Below, one piece after another: positions 11,501 to 23,900 of a DNA stretch of 64,000 nt. The position numbers and the translations under genes are program-made. The stretch covers positions 11,718,001 to 11,782,000 of the forward strand of contig OZ176054.1 in assembly GCA_964247055.1 (NCBI GenBank), in the 5' to 3' direction. Position 1 is the stretch's first letter; each line of letters opens with the position of its first letter. The stretch is from Paragordius varius (taxonomy: Eukaryota > Animalia > Nematomorpha). The notes under the pieces are model-generated. The model searched no databases and was not told where the DNA came from. It was given only the letters and a program-made list of their open reading frames with translations.

Positions 11501-14500
11501 TTTTAAGTATTTTAATTTAAAACAAAATTTTATTTTTTAGAAATATATAAAAATATAGGTAATTTCTAATTTTAAAAAAACATATAATCTATTCGAGGTG
11601 AATTTGAATTGTAAATGGTATAAAACAACCATAATCCCATAAATAAACATATTAACGTAAAAATATAGTTGACGTTGTGACTTTAAATAATAAACATTTC
11701 AATTATCCGTTCCATTATTATCTTTTAAAATTCTACCATATTTCGAAGAATATATACCATTTCAATTCCATTCACCCTAAAAATAAATTATGTGTTTTCG
11801 GGCTAATATAATTCATCATTGATAGGAATTATATTCTTATGGCATAGTTTATAATTTTTTCAGTATTATATTAATTTTAAACGTAATTAAATGTTTTATA
11901 TAAAAAAAGGTAATTAATCTTAAAAAACACATAATTTAATTTAGAGTGTCGAACTGTTCGAGGGTGATTTGAATTGTTTAAGAATAAACTGTAAATGGTA
12001 TATATATATATATATATATATATGTAATTTTACCATTTTCCATTTTTAGGTTAAGGTTAGTATTGATATTAGAATTCTGGTTTAAAGTAGGGCTTGTAAA
12101 TGATGAAAGAAACGGTTGAAATTTTTGAACAAACCAACCCATACCATAATAAGCATTGACTGAGGTTTTATAACCCGTTTTGACCAGAGGGGACCATATT
12201 TGTCGCATAGTCGTACAATCCAAATAAAATGGACTATTCTTTTAATATATAACATAATAAGATTTAAGATAAAAAAATGATATGCAAAGTAAAATGGTTT
12301 TTTATTCGAAAAAAAATTCATATTTTTTGATCCTTAAATTTTTTACAGTAAAAATTAAAATTATAAGGGACAAATGTAAAAATATAAGATAATTATTTTT
12401 TAAAAAACAATAACCATACCTTTTAATATAAAATATTTACCCGCTACTGTAACATATAAAATTGATGGGGTTTCCTATTTACATCTGTATTTGATACATT
12501 TTAGTTTAAAATAATGAGTTATATTGAAAATAATCAAAATTATAAAGTAGGGTTGTCGTTTGAAAAAAAATATTTGTCTGTATATTTTTACTTTTTGTCC
12601 GTATAATTTCAATAACTGTACATAAACTAAAAATATAATTAAAATTGCGAAATGTATAATTGAGTCTGTAAATTTTCATTCTTATTATTTTCAAAAGGAT
12701 TTATATGAAAAAAATCAAGGATAAAAAAATATGGTTATCAAAAAAATTGATATTTCATTTTGTTCTTAGGATTTTAAATTTTGCTGTACAACGCGTAAAA
12801 AATGTTAAAATATTTAATCTTTTTTACTAAGAGATGTCAACCTAAAACGAAAAAAACACTCCATTTGTTTTTCATAAAGCATGCTTAACCATATATTTGG
12901 ACATTTAATTATTTCCATATAAAGCTTATGTATTATTTAAAGATGTGAATGTGATATACCTTTTACAAATTCACCCTAATAAAAAAATTTACTTTATCCT
13001 ATAAAATTTTTTAAATATGAAATTCTGTTTAAAATTGATATAATGCTGAAAAAATAATAAACTATTTCGTAAAAATATATTTCATTTTAATGATGAGTTA
13101 TATTATCCAGAAAACACATAATTTATATTTAGGGTGAATTTGAATTTATATGGTATATATGGAGAAAGGGGTGCCTTTTGATTTTAGATTTCACAATGAT
13201 ATTTTTAAATTATATTTAAGGATTTATAAATATGTTAGTTTTAGCCATTAGGATAAAATGGCCTAATATTAGTTTTTATTTTTACGTTAACGTCCTTATA
13301 TGTAAAATAAAAATTCAAATCATATTCCTATAAAGAATTTGACTCTATAAGAAGCTTTGATAATAATCATTATTACTCCTGATAAAAAAACTTTTATTAC
13401 GGAAATTTTAATTATACCCCAGTGTTTTTATTAAGATTACAATGTTGATAGGAGGCAAGCATGGCCTTAGCAAATTCAATCAAATCAGGAACGTTAGAGA
13501 GTAAACCTCCGCCAGCCCATTTATATGAATTATCTACACTAGGGACATTTTTAAGTCCATGTGTTTTTTTGTCCCGAACATAAAATCTAAAAGCGAAAAA
13601 AATGAATGAAAATTTTGAAAAAAAACTTTCAAACAAACACATACATATTTCTATGATAAGTTGCCATCCATGTTAGACAAGGGGGGAAAATATAAATTTA
13701 AAGTATTTTTTTATATTGCTAATAATCAATGTTAACTTTCATAATCTATCATGAAATTATAAATATACAAAAATTATTTAAACCTAACCCCGATAAAATA
13801 AAATGTTGATAGTTTCGCTTTAATTTGTTGTAAAAACAGACGTGAAAGCGATTAAGGATTAGCATTTAAATCTATTTTAAGCAAAATTCCTGTAAAACAC
13901 CATTAAAATGAAAAAAAATTCCCTTTAACCAAAGTTTTTTAGAATAGGTATGTTTTATACCAAAATGATATGATAGAAAACAACAAAGAATCAAAACAAT
14001 ATGGAAAAACTTAGAAATCATGATATAAAAAGGGAATTTATGCTTTGCAAATGCCTTAAAATCAATCATCGAAACCGGATGAGATTAAAAATAATTTAAT
14101 TTAATTACTTAGATAATTTCCATGGTGCTTTAGTCTTAAAAAAGCTAAAAATCCTTATATAAATTTAAATTAAAAATTAATTTTTGTTGATAGGTTTTTA
14201 ATATTATTTCTGGAATTTAATCATTTTTTATATATAACAAATAGTATCAGTCGATCTTTCTTATTTTTAAAATTGACTTTATTAATTATTCAAACTAAAT
14301 AAAAATAAGTTCAAAATTTGATAAAATAGGTAGTTTTAGAAATCTCAGCTCATAATAAAAAAACCTTTTTCATTTATAATAAAATAATGCCACATAAATT
14401 TTATCATGGAAAATTATAAACAAACGGATAAATCACAATAAATATCACTTGATATTCCTTTTAATTATACACACACCCATGTTAGAATTATAAAATCGAT

Positions 14501-14576
14501 TAATATCCAGTTTTCATTAATTTTCAAAACATTTTTTGATAAATTTTTATTTATGTTCAAAACTTTATATAATTCA

Positions 14577-14628
<52 letters not shown>

Positions 14629-17276
14629 AATCCAAAAAATCTATCCAGTTTATGCAAATTTTCATAACTCAAACAAATGATGCAAATAATTCCAAAAAAT
14701 CTCCTCAAATATTCATTACTTTGAACGATGTGGTATAATTTGCGCATTGGAATCAATGTGTGAATTAGACATACCAAGCACTTCAAAAAGGGCAGAAAAT
14801 GTTTTAATAATACTTTCATGGGTACAGGCTTCTATCGCTGCACTAATTAGGGTCCATCCATGCGTAGTGTACAGAAAATGCGTATCTAAAAACCAGACAT
14901 TTATGTATAAAAATGAAATATTTTTTTTAAATATTAATTACATTAAAATTTGAATATACCATTTACAGTTCAAATTCACCCTTGAACAATTCAAAACCCT
15001 AATGTGTTTTCAAAATTAAAAATTACTTAAATTTTGGAAAACGGGAAATTTTGTTAAAGATTAAATTAATACTGAAATATTAAAATATGCCACAAAAATT
15101 AATTATATATAATAATGATCGTATATTAGCCCGAAACATAATTTATTTTAGGGTGAATTGAATTGTAAATGGTATATTTACGGATTAAACATAAAAAGAC
15201 TGCAATCTATTAAATGACGTCCTTATTATTTGAAATGCTTTCCATATAACCTATATTTTAATATGTAATATGTTTAATGATACCCTCATTCCTAATCACT
15301 AAATAAAGGGTATATAAAAAAGATAAAAAATATAACTGTTACGTTATCGAAAAATGAAATTAAGTTTTTCGTATTACATAATATAAATTATACATATCCT
15401 ATCATTAACTTTATAAGATGATATGAAACAGAGTGATAAATAAAATTATTACCATTCAAATATAAATAAATAAGTAAATGAGTAAAATAATTTAAAATGT
15501 TAGTTTTTATAATAAAAAAATCAATTACCTGGTTGTATGCATAAATCATCGTTTTTAAACAGGTCTATGGCATGTTGAACACTCTTAAACGGTGTATTCA
15601 AATAAAATTCGGTTGATTCATTATCACGCATACGTTGTTCTTCACTGTTTTGATTTGACTCAGTTTTTGACGACATATTTTCAGAAGTTTTATCCTATAT
15701 TTTATATTTAATTAGGGAATGTTAATTTGTAAAAAATTCTAATTTTTATTGTTGGAAAACGTACCTGTAAAAAATAAAATTTTATCTAAAACTACAAATT
15801 ATTAAAATTTTATCGTTAATTTGATAAATTAATTTATATGAACATAATTATTTAGTCGCAAATAATTTAGCCGCACCACGATATTTAGTCCGAATTTATA
15901 AAAGTATATATATATAATCGAGAAATTAAATTGATTCTGGCCATTGGGAAATATGTTAAATAAGAAGCTTATTTATAAATTTTGATCTGAATAAACCTCT
16001 ATAGCAGTTGACAATTTTTTGATAATTCGTTTGATATCAATGCATTCTTTGTCGTAATGCCTTAAACCACTCATGTGAGTTACCAATTGTTTTAGGGTTA
16101 TCTGAAAAAATATAATAAGATGGCTCATTATTAAACGTTTTATCCCATACCTTTAAAATTTTAGCCATGTTTAAATAAAGTACGTTTCTATGTCGTTTAT
16201 TAATTCCAAATGCCGACAATCATGTTTGTTGGATTTGTAAGGGTGAATTAAAAATTAATATTGACCCTTTAGTGTGCTTTTTAAAATAGTTTTCTACCCC
16301 AAAGGGCGATTCATAAGATATTGGGCCTAAAAATATGCATTCTATTGGCTTTTAGGTGCATTTTTCGAAAAAAATTATAAAAATAAAAAAACGTAAAAAA
16401 AGTGAATTAACCTCTTGGCGCCGGAATTATAACAAATCGCTTAAAATATTAGAATATTTAATTTTATTGTGATAAAAGTTTAATTTTTTGAGTAGACTTA
16501 CAATTTTTGATCGATTTTTATAAGGACGTGTTTGTTTGATTGCATTCAGCTTTTACGAATTTTTGTAAAAGTTACAAAACTGTGAAAAATTAGTTTTTTT
16601 TTGCTATTATAATGTTTACGAGTTATATTTTAGCCAAAACACCTTTTTAAGGAGCAAGCATATCACACCTTTTTCTGGTTACCTGGATATTTCAATAGGG
16701 ACTTAAAACATCCCAAAATGTATTTATCATATAAAAAATAAGAGGTAATAAATGGGTATTTTATATTCCTTAAAAATTAAATCGGGATCTATTTTAGGAA
16801 AGAATGAAATGTATAAAATTAAATAGTAAATCATGCCATATAATTATATTACCTAATATATACATTTTTATGGGGAAAATCAGGGACATATTTGTGAATT
16901 GGTGCATCTAAATCAATCCTTTTTTCTTGCAGAAGCTTACCAAGAATAGCCATTGTAATTGGTTTACTAATACTACCAATCCTTGTTAAAGTTAATTCAT
17001 TTGCAGGAATCAAATTTTCAACATCGGAATATCCATAAGCTTTAAGAAAACGAGTTTTTCCATCAACATTAACTCCTACAATTAAGCCAGGTATGCCCTG
17101 CACTTCCTAAAAAATTTAAGTTGGTGTAAAACCTTAAAAATTCGAATTATCTTGTCTGTTTCCATATTTGCGTCATCACATCTAACAATAAATGATTTTT
17201 GGTTTTTTTGGTTAAGCAAATACAGGCTAGAAAGAGCAGTTATCAACTTTATTTGGGAAAATTTAAATAGGCGCAT
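8592..17276 (-). CDS. LACTB: Serine beta-lactamase-like protein LACTB; exons 17276-17133, 17106-~16864, 16101-15997, 15694-15529, 14885-14720, 13586-13418, 12238-12034, 9592-9443, 9371-9282, 8704-8592
   Basis: Catalytic SISK, THMSGLRHY, YTT, VDNSYKWAGGGLLS, HSGGSVGATS and GIIVVILTN motifs in the right order. Phases are consistent except the exon 2-3 junction, where a short exon may be missing. Confidence 0.95.
10003..11385. mobile_element. Ty3/gypsy LTR-retrotransposon relic in LACTB intron, rearranged
   Basis: Minus strand about 10830-10600: RT motifs WFSFIDLKDAYL and ITTPDGIFQFNRLPFGLK. Plus strand about 10925-11100: RNase H motifs DHKPLVHLLG and YDFDMKYIAGSTNLANVFSRLP. Integrase-like LLAYRNSWHN on both strands. 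Frameshifts and stops present. Confidence 0.85.
10071..10380. mobile_element. Family-A foldback MITE copy
   Basis: Four 21-bp units at left, two inverted at right, end GTAAACGGTA followed by TA. Confidence 0.85.
11383..11620. mobile_element. Family-A foldback MITE copy
   Basis: CACCATTTAC...GTAAATGGTA ends with shared internal core. Confidence 0.85.
11755..12000. mobile_element. Family-A foldback MITE copy, running into (TA)n
   Basis: TA-TACCATTT...GTAAATGGTA-TATATA. Confidence 0.85.
12346..12618. mobile_element. CAGT-ended (Tc1/pogo-type) MITE
   Basis: TA-CAGTA...ACTG-TA with about 70-bp imperfect TIRs; homologous to 22014-22287 and 35571-35850. Confidence 0.8.
12957..13155. mobile_element. 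Family-A foldback MITE copy (short)
   Basis: TA-TACC...TGGTA-TA ends, AATTCACCCT / AGGGTGAATT units. Confidence 0.75.
14957..15174. mobile_element. Family-A foldback MITE copy
   Basis: TA-TACCATTTAC...GTAAATGGTA-TA, both ends intact. Confidence 0.88.
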
Positions 17277-17324
17277 AATTTAACAACACACGAACATTTT
17301 TGTGTTATTCATAAAGAGGTTGAT
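17277..17324. promoter_or_regulatory. 48-bp spacer between divergent LACTB and DNAJC8 start codons (putative bidirectional promoter / overlapping 5' UTRs)
   Basis: LACTB ATG at 17276 (-) and DNAJC8 ATG at 17325 (+). Confidence 0.6.
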
Positions 17325-20300
17325 ATGGCGCACAAGTCGGATGCATTTGACGAATTTTACAAAGAGGTTTCCCAAATTATATATCTTTTAGGTTAAACAT
17401 ATTGAGAAAAAAGATTCTGTTTTAACATCGAAACAGCAAATTGATCGTTTACTCCGACCAGGGTCGTTATATTTTAACTTAAACCCATTTGCTGTAATTT
17501 GAGTGTTGTTTGATGTTTTATTTAACATATTTACAGGTTTTGGATGTTGAACCAGAAGTTTCTATAGAGGAAATTAAGAAAAAATACCGAAAATTATCTA
17601 TACTAATACATCCAGATAAAAATCAATCGGATAGTGAACGTGCTAAACAAGCGTTTGATGGTATTTATATTTTGGCGTTTTAAAACTAAAATCATAAGAT
17701 ATTATTTTTATTTTATTATGTATTTATGAATATAAATAACTATTATATTTTAATATTCAAGCTTTAAATAAAGCATGGAAGCTATTGGATGACCCCTTAA
17801 ATCGCGAAAATTGTTATTCTGTGGTCGAACAAGCTAAAATGAAAGTTTTAGATTATGTAAGTTTTTAAATATTTAAAATGCTTATCTTTATTAGTTATTA
17901 TTTGAAACTAACCGTTTATTTTTTTTCCGATTTTTGAAAAATTATCAAAGTTTTTTTTCCTTAATAAACGTGTTTTTTAAATTATATATTATCGTTAAAA
18001 GATATAAAATTGGACTCAACATTATTTTTCTTTATAAGCCGATATTTGGTTAATCAAAAAATGGTAAAAAAATCCTGGTATAATTTGTCATGCGTTTTCC
18101 CTTACAGTTGTTCTTCAAATGTATAAAATTATTTTTGGAAGTTTCTTCAGAAGCCATCCAGGTATTTTATAGGAGTTTTAGTTTAATGTTTTAGATAATT
18201 TTTTCGGTATTATATATTTTTATTTTTTTCATAAAAAAACAAATTGTTCCTTATTTTAATTAAAATGGTTACCGCATCTTGATTAACCTTAGTTTTTACT
18301 AGCAACATTTTCTCGACCTTTAAAAAAATCTCAGAATGCTTTAGTCTATTTTAAATTTTAAACAATTAAGCAACTCTACAATATAAAAGTTCTGTATTTT
18401 ATTGCACCAACCCTTACAATGATCTAACAAAATTTTCGAGTTTTGGCAGAAATGAGATGAGATAATTATTATAGTTGCATAGTTTTTTACATGTATTTTT
18501 TAAAGAGGTACTAGGTTATTAATTTATTAGTTGGGGTCAGTGTTTTAACAATTTCTATAATATAAGCTATACTGTTTTAAATCTAAGAATTAATTTATTT
18601 GCAACTTAAAACGCAAAAATGTTTTTTTACCTTAACATTATTTGGTTATTGTACAATATGCACATTTATACTGGCCTATTGGCACAGTATATGTCCAAAA
18701 AACAACTAAACTTAGAAATAAAACAATTTTTTTCCTTTATCTATTTAATTATGGACAAATTTATTTTATAACATACGCTACTGTATTACCGATTGACTTA
18801 GAATAACGGGAATAGGCCAGCATTAATGTGCACACTGTAATGGCGTTTTAATTAATATTCCTGACTGTTTTTGCATTCTCATATATATTTTATAAGTTAT
18901 CGGGTTTTAATTATTTTGCTAATTTTGTTGATATGCTATACATTTTTCTAATGTACGTAATTTGTTGAATCAATCATCATGCTAAAACATTTTTTTTTAA
19001 TTTGTTAATAAACTGCATGAGATTGACCGTTCCGTTATTACAATAATATTTTTGTCCACATCAAAGGCAAAATAATTTTTAAGTAAAATTTTTACCAATA
19101 TTTTTGTGCATTAGATGGAACAAAAGAAACGTGAACTTGCACGGGAAGGCAAATCCATTGTTATTGATGAAGACGATCCTGATAAAGTATTTACATATTT
19201 TATAATTATCAACATCTATTTTTTTCATTTCCCCCCTTCAAAAAAAACAACAACAGTTTAAGAAAGCTGTTTATGTGTATACAACTAAAATTTTTGCAGA
19301 TCTTGAACGTAAACGGCAACAGTTGGAGCGCAGAGAAATGGAGGAAAGGTAGGACCTTTTTTTGATAATTTTTACTTTTACTTACTTTTTAGCGAAGAAT
19401 ATTTCAAAAAAGATTTAAATTTTGAATTTTTTTGATCAACACTTTATTACATGTTGTTATATGTTTTATTAATGTGAGCATAAATTTTGGCATATTATTT
19501 GTGCTCAGGGGTTTAAATTTCTATAAAATTCCAGAACTATTTTTGCTAAAAAATAATTACCAAACATTTACATTTATAATTAGATATATAAGCTGTGTAA
19601 TTATTTGATAATAAAAAATTAATTGCTTTTACCATGAGTTAGAGCTCAATCGAAAAAAAACTATCAACTAATTAAAAAAATTTATTACCGAATTTAAGAC
19701 CTTATAAAAAAAATTACGATATTAAAAACTTATTGTTTTGATATGCTTTTTTTTCGTAAACCATCTTTCTCTAATTAGCCTTTTTTATCAAAAAAACCTA
19801 TTTTAATTTTTATTATTTTTTTTAAAATTATTATATATTCGATCATCTATATTATTACACACAAATGTTAGAAAGCGTCAAGGGGAAATTGTATTGAGTG
19901 AGGAAGAGATCCGGAAATACCAAGAAGAATGGAAAAAGAATTTTGATGTAAGTTTTGGTTTCTTTTTATCACCTTTTTTACATTAAAATCTTTAAATTTT
20001 AAATTTTTTTACGTTGACGCATTTATAAATATTTTTGCTTTTTTTGTTTTAAAGGTATTCCCAAATATATTTTTTTATATAAAAAATTTTCAAATTTGCA
20101 CACCGTAATTATGTATTCATATATACTTATTTTTTGTTAAAAACACAATTTTAAGAGTATTATTTTCATAACTTTTCAACAATGATATTTATTTATGTTT
20201 TCCCCCTTATTTTACCAATTTATCTTTTGTGTAACATTATGACTATAATAATAATATCATGTATAATTTGAACTTTGTTTAATAATCCTAGGATACCCGT

Positions 20301-21797
20301 GAATTTCGTATCGAATCTTGGTTAAAATTTAAGAAAAAAATTCCTGAAACTGCAACAACCATTTCAACTACCTTGGGTAATGCGCCTCCTCGCCCCGAAA
20401 ATATTATAATGGCACCCCCTTCTAATAATACGTATAATATACCTATTCCTGATGCATTTTCCGCCAACTCTACACGGTTTACGGATAATCTCGTACGAGG
20501 TTTCGGACAAAATTATACGTCTGCAAAAAATTCAGACAGCAAAAGCAAAACTAATCTTAACAACAGCAATAGCTTGGCTCTTGGCCTTGCTTTAGATGCG
20601 GTCCCTTTACCAGATGAAATGCCACTACCGCAGATACAGTAAAAATTGAAATTAATCATAAGCTTAAAAACAGAATGTAAAGACTACTAATATTTTTTAG
20701 TATTTTGAAAACTTTGTTTTATCGTTTTGGCTGTGCAATACACATTTAATATTATAAACTTATATTGGTGGTAAAATGAGAAGACTAATACTTTTTGCTT
20801 TAGAAACAACTATTATTATGTTAAAACTCGATATTTTGGCCATTTAAATGATTAAAAATATATAATAGTGCGTGCGTTGTTATAAATTACAACTCTATTA
20901 TTACTTATTTTGAAACCCAAACGATATGTCGCTAGAAAGATTAATTAATAAAGTATGGGTGTCTTTTTGTATAAAAACTTTGTTTTAAATGTATAAGGTT
21001 TATCTTTATAATTTTTATTCTACAGTATCAAATAAATTGCAAAGACAGAAAAATATTTAGCCATTGATTTTTTACAATAAACTATTTTGTGTTACAAAAT
21101 TTGAGAATAGGGAAGTAAATATTGGTAATAAAACACATTCATATATATATATATATATATATATATGAATATTTTACAATATAATCATTTAATAAAAATC
21201 GAATATTGTGCTTTTTTTGTGTAAAAAATTAGTTTTTAGTTTTTTTTAAAGTTTTGTCTTTATAATTTTATTTTTTCCTGTATTTTCATCAACATATAGA
21301 CCACAAACGCCAGTTATCATTAATCCTGACCCTAGTAAACGAAAGATAACGGAAACCCTGGTTTCAGACACAAATTTAATTGGTATTTATATATATACCT
21401 TTTAAATATTTACAGTAAAAAGAATTGTTTTTATGTCTATAATTATAAAAATCGAAGTTTTATATCGAGAAAACAATGTATGATAATATTTTTTGTATTA
21501 ATATAATTATCAATAGTGCAAACATGAAAAAAATGTTTTTACATGACAAATATACCTGATTCTTTTTAAAGTTTCACATATATAACTTATCATTAAATTA
21601 AACTTATGGACTAAAACTAGAGAAAAATTTTAATAACTGGCTCATAAAAAATTCTTCTATAGGATAATCATATTTTTTGCTTTGTTTTAGGTAATTGCTA
21701 TGCCGTATTCGGGGATGCCGTAACTGGGAACGAGAAGAAAAAGAAAAAATTTATCAGGACCTTTAAACCACCCAAACACAAAGCGGAATCTAGATGA
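17325..21797 (+). CDS. DNAJC8: DnaJ homolog subfamily C member 8; exons 17325-17366, 17392-17493, 17537-17660, 17762-17856, 19115-19186, 19257-19348, 19872-19947, 20292-20638 (or to 20376), 21300-21382, 21691-21797
   Basis: [38 protein letters not shown]-domain HPD motif, [28 protein letters not shown] and terminal [11 protein letters not shown]. All phases are consistent. Confidence 0.95.
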
Positions 21798-22013
21798 AAT
21801 AATGAGATTAGACTTGATTTGATTTAATGTTAATTTTTTGTTGATGTACATAATATATATTTATAATAAATTTTACATTGATAATTTGCACTTTTTATTT
21901 TATACTTTGCCCTAAAGATACAGTACATATTTAACAGCAATTATAGTTTAAATTGAGAAAAAAAAATGTGTAAAGTATTATCACGTAGTTTTGAGATCTT
22001 AAACCCCCTTTTA

Positions 22014-22287
22014 CAGTAAAAACTGAAACTATACGCACAGAACGTAAAAATATAAAGACAAATATTTTTGTCTAAACAACCATACTTTTTAAATCTTGAT
22101 TTATTTCAATTTAACTCATTGTTTTAAATGACAAAATCTTAGAGATATATACTACTAGCACAATCATTATTTTACAATTGTAACTAAATTATGAGAAAAA
22201 TAAAGGCATTAAAGTATGGTTGTCTTTTATATAAAATATTTGTCTTTATATTTTTACGTTTTGTCCGTAAAATTTCAATTTTTACTG
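22014..22287. mobile_element. CAGT-ended (Tc1/pogo-type) MITE
   Basis: TA-CAGTAAAAACTGAAAC...TTTCAATTTTTACTG with long TIRs. Confidence 0.82.
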
Positions 22288-22940
22288 TGAAATAACGCCA
22301 GTCAAACTTTGATATTTTAATTATTCTTTACTTCTTAAATTTTACCTTATTAATCTCCACCTTCGCACGGTGTATGTTGTATTCAATTAAATAAGTTAAA
22401 ATCTAGAGTTTGGTTTATGACCTATTTAAAATAATATCCGACCCGAACGCTTATAAATACTGCCATTCTTTGTATCATTTAATATATTTTCCGAATTTTC
22501 ATTGTTATTATATAACACAATCAGTGTCATGCGCATTCATTTACCAAGAAAACCCGATCTACCCTTTACTGTAGTGTTACAGATTAAAAAATTAAAACTT
22601 GTTTTATAGATGAACAACCATAAGTATTATTTTTATAAATATCTAAACGTACAAAAAGTTTTTATATATATCTTTACTTTTCGATCTCAGTAGCTGTATA
22701 TAATATGTGGAAAATCTAATGTTGTATACGAACCCCTTTAAAAAACTCACAATTTATATTTATTATGCAATTAATAATTAAATTACGAGACCGATGTAGA
22801 ACTTATTGAAATAATAAATAAAAATTACAATAAAATACATGAAATTTAATGTATGGCAAAAGTAAAATTATTTCCCAGTGAAAGGGTGGTTAACGTTTGA
22901 AAATATTAGAATTCATATTTTAAACAGGAATCGGTATATA

Positions 22941-23454
22941 TACCATTTGATTTGCACTTCAAGAGTGTCCTCTTTAAACACTTCAGGTCTTAATCAATAG
23001 AATCGTAAATCATTCATCTATTTTAACCTATTTTCTATTATTTAACAAAAATTTAAAATTAATATAAACTTTTAATCATTGAGAAACCGTATATCTTAAT
23101 TAATTTCTTAAAATTATTTTGGATATTTATAGGATTTTAACACCTATAATTAATAAATATATAAGTTTTCTGGGTTATTATTTATAACTTTCCATGAAAA
23201 ACATCTAAAAGTTAATTATTTTGTTAAATTGGAAAAAATTAGTTTGAAACAAAAAAGTGGTTTTTGAATATAAATTTTTATTTTCAAAGGAATAAATTTA
23301 TATTAAATAAAGAAAATTAGGTAAAAAATAATAAAATAAAAAAATACATGCAAAAATTATTGTTAAATTAAAATTTACAAATTTTAAGGACCAACTTGAA
23401 GTGTTTAAGGACTAACTTAAAGTGTTCAAGGACACTCTTGAAGTGCAAATGGTA
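22941..23454. mobile_element. Family-B foldback MITE (sister of family A)
   Basis: Same TA-TACCATTT...AAATGGTA-TA termini; different 21-bp unit GGACCAACTTGAAGTGTTTAA. Confidence 0.8.
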
Positions 23455-23900
23455 TATTTAATTCATAGAAACCAAACTGGCTCGGTTGGCAACCGTCCAG
23501 GAACCACCCCCACGGTTCCATCATTATCATAATTTGATTAGAAGAACAGTTTAAATGATGTTAAAAACCAAAATAATATTATCAATTTTACACCTTAAAC
23601 ATCGAGTTTACTAAATAAATATAAATTTTGAGAACACTAGCTTTGTGCCTTTAAATCTGATGTTTGTTACTCAAACCTAATATTTTTAAACCGTAATCAA
23701 TAAAAACAGTCCATTAACATATTGTTTATCAGATATAATGGCTAAAGGATATTATATTGAAATTCTAAATTTATTGATTGCAAAAAATGGCTAAATGATA
23801 AGATTTATGCTACAAATATACATATTTTACATAAAAGACATGTGAGTATCTCGAAAGAACACATTTATATTTAGTGAACTTTGTTGAATAATTTTGCTAC

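Noticed and set aside
16037-16219. ORF with KVWDK..YYIFSD, reminiscent of Fringe/GT31 glycosyltransferases
   Set aside because: It overlaps, in another frame, the real LACTB exon ITLKQLVTHMSGLRHY.
23470-23520. Two adjacent GC-rich hairpins (CGGTTGGCAACCG; GGAACC..GGTTCC) as a possible ncRNA
   Set aside because: GGTTGGCAACC matches a common hAT right-end pattern; a TE remnant is more likely.
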